From the NCBI GenBank assembly GCA_964549265.1, contig CAZJWE010000001.1, positions 230 through 64,229 on the forward strand: 64,000 bases of DNA, in the 5' to 3' direction. Made by a program: the position numbers and the translations under genes. A model generated the notes under the pieces. It saw only the letters and a list, made by a program, of their open reading frames with translations. It ran no database searches and was not told the origin of the DNA. Below, piece after piece: positions 57,803 through 64,000 of the stretch. This stretch comes from an uncultured Bacteroidales bacterium. Lineage in GTDB: Bacteria; Bacteroidota; Bacteroidia; Bacteroidales; JBBRXJ01. Within the stretch, counting starts at the first letter, position 1; every line of letters starts with the position of its first letter.

Positions 57803-59071
57803 ATGCTATATTACCAACGTGGTTCAGAAACAGATATCATCAGTTCAGAAGATTTAAAAAAAGGATTGTTTGAAGCCTTAAAACAGATTAAGGAAGCGGA
57901 TAAAGTCATGGCTATTCCTCCTGATTTTACCCGCTTTCATTCACACGCCGGCGAATTGACAAGGTATGCATGGGAATTCTATCAGGATAAATTAACAGAT
58001 ATACTCCCTGCTTTAGGAACCCACTCGGCCATGCCGGAAAACCAGATATTGGAAATGTTCGGTGATATTCCTTTTGAGCTTTTTAAAGTCCATAATTGGA
58101 GGGAAGATATTGTGACACTTGGTGAAGTGCCTGCTGAATATGTAGCCAGGGTATCAGAAGGGAAGGTGAATTATTCATGGCCTGCGCAGGTGAATAAAAG
58201 ACTGACAGAAGATTACAGCCTTATTTTATCCATTGGTCAGGTTGTTCCTCACGAGGTTGTAGGGATGGCAAATTTCAATAAAAACATTTTTGTCGGGACT
58301 GGTGGCAGAGAAGGCATCAATAAAAGTCATTTTCTCGGTGCCGCTTATGGCATGGAACGGATGATGGGAAGAGCAGATACACCCGTACGAAAAGTATTGA
58401 ATTATGCTTCGGAACATTTTGCGAAACACATGCCCATTGTTTATGTACTCACCGTTGTAGGACGCGATGAACATGGAAAGATGAAGGTTCGCGGCTTGTA
58501 TATCGGCGATGATATGGAATGCTTTGAAAAAGCATCCGAGCTTTCGTTAAAGGTGAATTTTGAAATGCTGGAATCACCCCCTAAAAAAATGGTCGTTTTC
58601 CTTGACCCCTCTGAATACAAAAGTACATGGCTGGGCAACAAGTCAATTTACAGAACACGAATGGCCATAGATGACCAGGGTGAATTGATCATTTTGGCTC
58701 CCGGCCTTAAAGAATTTGGTGAAGATGCTGAAATTGATAAACTGATCAGGAAATATGGATATATTGGAACAGAAAAGGTTCTTGAATTAACAGAACAAAA
58801 TGCTGATTTACAGCAGAACCTAAGTGCTGCAGCACATCTTATTCACGGTTCATCAGAAGGAAGATTTAAAATAACATATTGCCCCGGGCATTTAACACGT
58901 GACGAAATAGAGAATGTTAACTTTGAATATGCAGATATAAATGAGATGTTAAAAAAATATGATCCTGAGACGCTTAAAGAAGGATATAATACAGTAAATG
59001 GAGAAGAAATTTATTTTATTTCCAATCCGGGAACTGGTTTGTGGGCTTATAAAGAACGGTTTGATAATTAA
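57803..59071 (+). CDS. LarA-family (lactate racemase N-terminal domain / DUF2088) protein
   Basis: ALGTHS, PHEVVGMANFNK and KNIFVGTGGREGINKSH reproduce the His...His-10-Lys-16-His pattern of LarA catalytic and nickel-pincer-binding residues. Confidence 0.55.
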   Translation: MLYYQRGSETDIISSEDLKKGLFEALKQIKEADKVMAIPPDFTRFHSHAGELTRYAWEFYQDKLTDILPALGTHSAMPENQILEMFGDIPFELFKVHNWREDIVTLGEVPAEYVARVSEGKVNYSWPAQVNKRLTEDYSLILSIGQVVPHEVVGMANFNKNIFVGTGGREGINKSHFLGAAYGMERMMGRADTPVRKVLNYASEHFAKHMPIVYVLTVVGRDEHGKMKVRGLYIGDDMECFEKASELSLKVNFEMLESPPKKMVVFLDPSEYKSTWLGNKSIYRTRMAIDDQGELIILAPGLKEFGEDAEIDKLIRKYGYIGTEKVLELTEQNADLQQNLSAAAHLIHGSSEGRFKITYCPGHLTRDEIENVNFEYADINEMLKKYDPETLKEGYNTVNGEEIYFISNPGTGLWAYKERFDN

Positions 59072-59118
59072 TTATTAATTGTTAAGGCTCTATTCTAAAT
59101 AGTGTTTGTCTATAAACT
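59069..59118 (+). repeat. best copy of the short dispersed intergenic repeat
   Basis: TAATTATTAATTGTTAAGGCTCTATTCTAAATAGTGTTTGTCTATAAACT; it begins with the TAA stop codon of the LarA-like gene. Confidence 0.7.
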
Positions 59119-59224
59119 AAATAACGTTTGAATTACTCTGTAAATGTTAAAACCCCCAACCATTTATTTAACTTACACCTTCTTTTAAAAAAAACTTTAT
59201 GAACTTAACAGACTAAACATAAGA

Positions 59225-60214
59225 ATGGAAACTATACGATGGGGAATCATTGGATGTGGAGATGTTACTGAAGTAAAAAGCGGCCCGGCCTTGCAAAATT
59301 GTAAAGGTTCAGAACTGGTTGCTGTAATGCGAAGAACCACAGAAAAAGCAAAAGATTTTGCCAGTCGGCATCAGGTGCCCAAATGGTATGATGATGCTCA
59401 ACTATTGATTCATGATCAAGATGTTAATGCAGTATATATTGCTACACCTCCGGATACTCATGCACATTATACAATTCAGGCGTTGAATGCAGGGAAACCT
59501 GTTTATGTTGAAAAGCCAATGGCAAGGTATCATGATGAATGTATTGAAATGATCAACACAGCCAAAAAGAACAATCTGCCATTATATGTAGCGTATTATA
59601 GAAGAATGTTGCCCAATTTTTTAAAAGTCAAACAACTTGTTGATAACAATGCCATTGGGGATATTCGTTCTGTAAACATCCGGCTGACATTAACACCAAG
59701 AAAGGGTGATAATCAAAAAGATAACCTTCCCTGGCGCGTTTTGCCGGAAATATCGGGAGGCGGACATTTTGTAGACCTCGCTCCGCATCAATTGGATATT
59801 CTTGATTACATATTAGGCCCTGTTACAAAAGCCTGTGGAATGGCATCCAATCAGGCCGGAATGTATCCTGCCGAAGATATTGTGTGTGCTGCTTTTACCT
59901 TTCAAAATGGTGCATTAGGAGCAGGGGAGTGGTGTTTTACAGTTGACAAAAATGCTGAAGAAGATATTATGGAAATAAAAGGAGCTAAGGGAAAAATAAC
60001 CTTTTCATGCTTTGAACATGCAAATGTCTATTTACATTCAACCCAACAAGATGAAGCGTTTTATTTTGAAAAACCATTGCATTCACAGCATAATTTAATT
60101 CAAACGGTAGTAGATGACTTATTAGGAAAAGGGAAATGTCCTTCAGATGGAGAAACTGGCGCACGGACAACCCGGGTGATTGATCAAATATTAAAAGATA
60201 TACGGAACAATTGA
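59225..60214 (+). CDS. Gfo/Idh/MocA-family NAD(P)-dependent oxidoreductase
   Basis: N-terminal IRWGIIGCGDV Rossmann motif, an EKP motif (VYVEKPMA) and 329 aa. Confidence 0.8.
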   Translation: METIRWGIIGCGDVTEVKSGPALQNCKGSELVAVMRRTTEKAKDFASRHQVPKWYDDAQLLIHDQDVNAVYIATPPDTHAHYTIQALNAGKPVYVEKPMARYHDECIEMINTAKKNNLPLYVAYYRRMLPNFLKVKQLVDNNAIGDIRSVNIRLTLTPRKGDNQKDNLPWRVLPEISGGGHFVDLAPHQLDILDYILGPVTKACGMASNQAGMYPAEDIVCAAFTFQNGALGAGEWCFTVDKNAEEDIMEIKGAKGKITFSCFEHANVYLHSTQQDEAFYFEKPLHSQHNLIQTVVDDLLGKGKCPSDGETGARTTRVIDQILKDIRNN

Positions 60215-60372
60215 ATAAAATAAATAGAGTAAAAATGCATTGAAATAAGTGAATTGTCATTGCGATTTTTTTATATCTTTGGGTGTTTTTACATCTCCTT
60301 TGAATTAACGAATGCTTAAGAAAGGTTTTCTAAAGAAGCATTAAGTATGAATAATTTTAAAAATATAAACGA

Positions 60373-61497
60373 GTGAAAATAGTAGCAGATGATAAAATAC
60401 CCTATTTGAAAGGAGTTTTAGAGCCTTATGCAGAGGTGGTTTATCTTCCGGGCGAACGAATTGGGAAAGAAGAGGTAAAAGATGCTGATGCATTGATAAT
60501 TCGTACCCGGACTAAATGTGATGCCGCTTTATTAAAAGATTCAAATGTGAAATTTATTGCTACAGCAACCATAGGATTTGATCATATAGACACGAAATTT
60601 TGCCGTAAAAAAAAGATTCAATGGACCAATGCACCCGGTTGCAATTCTTCTTCTGTTCAACAGTATATAGCAGCTGCAATATTATATATTGCAATGAATT
60701 ATAATATTCCATTGAAAGACAGGACTCTTGGCATTATCGGGGTTGGGAATGTTGGAAGTAAAGTGCAAAAACTGGCTAAAATATTGAGGATGAATATATT
60801 ATTAAATGATCCCCCGCGAGCAAGAGTAGAAAAAAATACTCAATTTTTACCCTTCGATAAAGTCATTAAGGAATCTGATATCCTCACATTGCATGTCCCT
60901 CTAAAAAAGACTTGCAGGGACAATACCATGTACATGATCAATGCCAAAACATTCAAAAAAATGAAAACTGAAGCATTTATCATCAATACCTCCCGTGGAG
61001 CAGTAGTGAATAATGATGACTTGAAAGGTGCATTGATGAATGGTAGTATTGCAGGAGCAATTATAGATGTATGGGAAAATGAACCATTTATTGACAAAGA
61101 ACTACTGAATCTGGTTGATCTCGGAACTCCGCACATTGCAGGATATTCAAGAGATGGCAAAGCCAATGGGACAGCCATGAGTGTTCGTGCTATAAGCCGT
61201 TTTTTCAACCTTGGTATTGATGACTGGTATCCTGAAAATATTGAAACCCCTAAAAATAAAAAAATCAGCATTGATTGCAGTAAAAAAGGATTCAAACATA
61301 TCCTGTACAAAGCAGTTTCATCAACTTATGATATTGAACAGGATAGTAAAAAATTATTTAAAAATATCCATCATTTTGAATATCAAAGAGGAAATTATCC
61401 TGTCAGAAGAGAGTTTCCTGCTTATGCTGTAGAACTAAAGAATGATGACGGGTATTATGCTAAGGTTTTTGAAGACCTTGGATTTAAAGTTTCTTAA
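60373..61497 (+). CDS. pdxB: 4-phosphoerythronate dehydrogenase
   Basis: GTG start. The N-terminus MKIVADDKIPYLKGVLEPYAEV, a D-2-hydroxyacid dehydrogenase core (GIIGVGNVGS, HIAGYS) and a PdxB-type C-terminal dimerisation domain. Confidence 0.8.
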   Translation: MKIVADDKIPYLKGVLEPYAEVVYLPGERIGKEEVKDADALIIRTRTKCDAALLKDSNVKFIATATIGFDHIDTKFCRKKKIQWTNAPGCNSSSVQQYIAAAILYIAMNYNIPLKDRTLGIIGVGNVGSKVQKLAKILRMNILLNDPPRARVEKNTQFLPFDKVIKESDILTLHVPLKKTCRDNTMYMINAKTFKKMKTEAFIINTSRGAVVNNDDLKGALMNGSIAGAIIDVWENEPFIDKELLNLVDLGTPHIAGYSRDGKANGTAMSVRAISRFFNLGIDDWYPENIETPKNKKISIDCSKKGFKHILYKAVSSTYDIEQDSKKLFKNIHHFEYQRGNYPVRREFPAYAVELKNDDGYYAKVFEDLGFKVS

Positions 61498-61547
61498 CAA
61501 ATAATATCTAATTATATTTTTTTAATTATTTAAAATTTTAAGTTTTT

Positions 61548-63002
61548 ATGGCACAAAAAGCGAATATTGGTCTTGTAGGACTTGCTGTAATGGGTGAAAA
61601 CCTTGTTCTTAATATGGAAAGCAATGGATTCAGTGTTGCTGTTTATAATCGTACGGTAGAAAAAGTAGACCGGTTTGTTGAAGGCAGAGCGAAAGGTAAA
61701 AATATAATTGCAACCCGCTCAGTTCAAGAATTGGTTAATGCTCTTGAGAAACCCCGAAAAATCATGGTCATGGTTAAAGCAGGAAAACCTGTAGATGCTT
61801 TTATTGATCAGGTGATCCCCTATCTTGAAGAAGGTGATATCATTATAGACGGCGGAAACTCAAATTATCTTGATACCATACGCAGAACGGAATATGTGGA
61901 AAGTAAGGGACTCAGATACATTGGAACAGGTGTATCTGGAGGAGAAGAAGGCGCACTCAACGGCCCTTCTATTATGCCGGGAGGTACCTCCGAAGCATGG
62001 GAACATGTAAAGCCTATTTTCCAAAGCATTGCTGCTAAAGTAGAAGATGGAAGCCCTTGTTGTGAATGGGTTGGTGAAAACGGGGCAGGACATTTTGTAA
62101 AAATGGTGCATAATGGTATTGAATATGGAGATATGCAATTGATATGCGAAGCCTATCAAATCATGAAAGATGTGTTAGGAATGAATAATCAGGAAATGCA
62201 TGACGTATTCAAAGAATGGAATGAAGGAGAACTTGACAGCTATTTAATAGAGATTACAAGAGATATATTGGCTTATAAAGATGAAAATGGCGATTATGTG
62301 GTAGATAAAATCCTTGATACAGCCGGCCAGAAAGGAACCGGAAAATGGACAGCCATTTCTGCAATGGAACAGGGCATCCCTTTAACACTCATTGGTGAAG
62401 CCGTTTTTGCCCGTTTCTTATCTGCACTTAAAGATGAAAGATTAGAAGCATCAAAGCACTTATCAGGACCTTCTATTGAATTCAAAGGCGATAAAAAACA
62501 ATTTATTGAAGACCTTCGGAAAGCTCTTTATGCTTCTAAAATTATTTCTTATACACAAGGATACTCTCTAATGAAAGCAGCCGCAAAAAGTTATAGATGG
62601 AAATTGAATTATGGCGGCATTGCTTTGATGTGGAGAGGTGGATGCATTATCCGTTCAATATTTTTAAGCAAAATTAAAGATGCATATGATAGCAATCCTG
62701 ATCTGGATAACCTGCTGTTAGACCCATTCTTTAATGAAAAAGTGATGAACAATCAGGCGGGTTGGAGAAATGTAATTGCAACAGCTATTTCAAATGGTAT
62801 CCCCGTGCCGGCATTAAGCGCTGCATTGTCCTATTTTGACGGATATCGCTCAGGAAGACTTCCTGCTAATTTATTACAGGCTCAGCGCGATTACTTTGGT
62901 GCCCATACATACGAACGCATTGATAAAGAAAGAGGAGAATTTTTCCATACCAACTGGACAGGTAAAGGCGGTTCAACAGCTGCTTCTACTTACAATGCTT
63001 AA
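61548..63002 (+). CDS. gnd: 6-phosphogluconate dehydrogenase, decarboxylating
   Basis: IGLVGLAVMGENL, GAGHFVKMVHNGIEYGDMQ and 484 aa. Confidence 0.95.
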   Translation: MAQKANIGLVGLAVMGENLVLNMESNGFSVAVYNRTVEKVDRFVEGRAKGKNIIATRSVQELVNALEKPRKIMVMVKAGKPVDAFIDQVIPYLEEGDIIIDGGNSNYLDTIRRTEYVESKGLRYIGTGVSGGEEGALNGPSIMPGGTSEAWEHVKPIFQSIAAKVEDGSPCCEWVGENGAGHFVKMVHNGIEYGDMQLICEAYQIMKDVLGMNNQEMHDVFKEWNEGELDSYLIEITRDILAYKDENGDYVVDKILDTAGQKGTGKWTAISAMEQGIPLTLIGEAVFARFLSALKDERLEASKHLSGPSIEFKGDKKQFIEDLRKALYASKIISYTQGYSLMKAAAKSYRWKLNYGGIALMWRGGCIIRSIFLSKIKDAYDSNPDLDNLLLDPFFNEKVMNNQAGWRNVIATAISNGIPVPALSAALSYFDGYRSGRLPANLLQAQRDYFGAHTYERIDKERGEFFHTNWTGKGGSTAASTYNA

Positions 63003-63013
63003 TAAACAGAAGT

Positions 63014-63054
63014 GAAGAATGAAGAGATAACGTTGTATATTCTCTTCATTCTTC
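63014..63054. terminator. bidirectional hairpin between convergent gnd and the PorP/SprF gene
   Basis: Perfect 14-bp stem GAAGAATGAAGAGA / TCTCTTCATTCTTC with a 13-nt loop. It is followed by the CTTCCTTCTTCCTTCTTC pyrimidine tract. Confidence 0.6.
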
Positions 63055-63066
63055 CTTCTTCCTTCT

Positions 63067-64000
63067 TCAATCTTTCATGATGATCTTTTGCATCTTAGGA
63101 CATGGAAGAGCTTTGTACTTTTTGTGTTTTGATATAAACTGGCTTTCCGGAGGAAATTTATAAATGATTCCAATTTCATGCGCTCCCCAGGAAGAGTATA
63201 ATTTTGAGATAACAAAGTCATAAGAATATGCAAAAGAAAAACTGTCAAAAATAACCCCCATTAAGAAGATAATGGATTCATTGTTGATGTTATTGATGGA
63301 GTTGTTGTAATTTTTAAGCGGGATTCCCCTGTACCAGGAACCTAATAAAAAGTCTTTATATTGTAAATAGACGCCCAGGTCAAGCTGGTCGGAGGGCCCT
63401 TGTGTTTTATATAAAAAGGTAGGAATCACATGGAAATTATAATCATGGAGGCTTTCTCTCATTCCTATGTTGTATTTAAACCTATATCCGCCAAGCAGTG
63501 TATGTAAGAAAGGAGTGCTCGATCCGGGATCATCTAAAAATCCGTCGGATGGGGTGTTGACGTGATACAATGAATATCCTGCCCATAACTGATCTGAATA
63601 CAATAAGAGGCCCGACCCAACATCAAAATAATGAGGGTGTTCAATGTCTCTCAGTACGTTAGGAAAACTTGCCGTATTGTATTCAACATGAAAAGTAGAA
63701 TATTGTGACGGAAATGTTTGTTCTTGATAATTCAGGTGAATGTTATTATACGCCCCTTCAATCCCTAATCGCAGGCTGTAATTATCATTGATATTGATCC
63801 ACGAGGCATACTGAAGAGCCATTTCTGTTTTCCGGATTATATTGCCACTTCCCTGGTAGTCTGATATGAAATATCCACCAAAACCACTATTGTACCGTTC
63901 AAGGTTATAATCTGCTGAAAAATAATAGGTTTTGTATTTAGCATCGAGGGCCGGCCATTGAAACCTTCCGTCCATTACAGCCCTGAATGCATAAGAAGTA
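63067..64000 (-). CDS. PorP/SprF-family type IX secretion system membrane protein; N-terminus lies beyond the window
   Basis: The frame stays open upstream of the listed Met (YFLCIQGC precedes MDGRFQ). The C-terminal GAHEIGIIYKF and internal GFGGYFISDYQG / LRLGIEGAY blocks are typical of PorP/SprF barrels. Confidence 0.65.
   Translation of the reverse strand, partial: TSYAFRAVMDGRFQWPALDAKYKTYYFSADYNLERYNSGFGGYFISDYQGSGNIIRKTEMALQYASWININDNYSLRLGIEGAYNNIHLNYQEQTFPSQYSTFHVEYNTASFPNVLRDIEHPHYFDVGSGLLLYSDQLWAGYSLYHVNTPSDGFLDDPGSSTPFLHTLLGGYRFKYNIGMRESLHDYNFHVIPTFLYKTQGPSDQLDLGVYLQYKDFLLGSWYRGIPLKNYNNSINNINNESIIFLMGVIFDSFSFAYSYDFVISKLYSSWGAHEIGIIYKFPPESQFISKHKKYKALPCPKMQKIIMKD

Noticed and set aside
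60311-60342. The hairpin AATGCTT...AAGCATT with an inner AGAAA/TTTCT, upstream of pdxB.
   Set aside because: The stems are short and interrupted, there is no T-run and I could not verify conservation. It is not distinguishable from chance in AT-rich DNA.

Overview
This is an AT-rich 64-kb chromosomal segment that looks like a Bacteroidota genome. The evidence is PorP/SprF and PorV/PorQ-like type IX secretion genes, TAnnTTTG-type -7 boxes, near absence of Shine-Dalgarno sequences, a fused E1 alpha/beta dehydrogenase and UxaE-type hexuronate genes. All calls were made by eye from the sequence and ORF track; no BLAST, HMM or folding was run.

I call 42 protein genes (one at each window edge is truncated), tRNA-Arg(ACG), RNase P RNA (rnpB), a cobalamin riboswitch, two intrinsic-terminator hairpins and several operator-like palindromes.

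Gene content:
- Core metabolism and housekeeping: TrpB2, a GntR-controlled E2-E3-E1(alpha/beta) 2-oxoacid dehydrogenase operon, ugd, uxaC, trmD, pyrE, uvrB, pdxB, gnd and a BtuFCD-like transporter.
- A small carotenoid trio (cruF-like, crtW, acyltransferase).
- A divergent cbpA-like/hsp20 heat-shock pair.
- A high density of signalling proteins: two output-less GAF-PAS sensors, a CheB-CheR-PAS-histidine kinase and three class III nucleotidyl cyclases.

I found no transposase, integrase, phage gene, CRISPR array, reverse transcriptase, toxin-antitoxin pair or recognisable defence gene, so I cannot point to an obvious accessory island or novel defence-type system.

The observations most worth a second look are:
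1. A LarA-family (nickel-pincer type) enzyme with the catalytic His/Lys/His spacing intact, embedded among hexuronate genes and near gnd.
2. A class III cyclase domain with a metal-binding Asp replaced by Arg, fused to an HD domain, and a second cyclase carrying a fully degenerate receiver domain.
3. Two paralogous output-less sensors sharing an identical EEMRQNMEEL coiled-coil signature, which is related to the CheB-CheR kinase linker.
4. A short dispersed intergenic repeat family that often sits directly after stop codons and twice occurs as inverted pairs, one forming a ~122-nt near-continuous hairpin.
5. A palindrome-rich heat-shock control region with a sigma-54-like promoter and an unusually strong SD for hsp20.
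6. An uncharacterised 1522-aa secreted protein next to a PorV/PorQ-like barrel.
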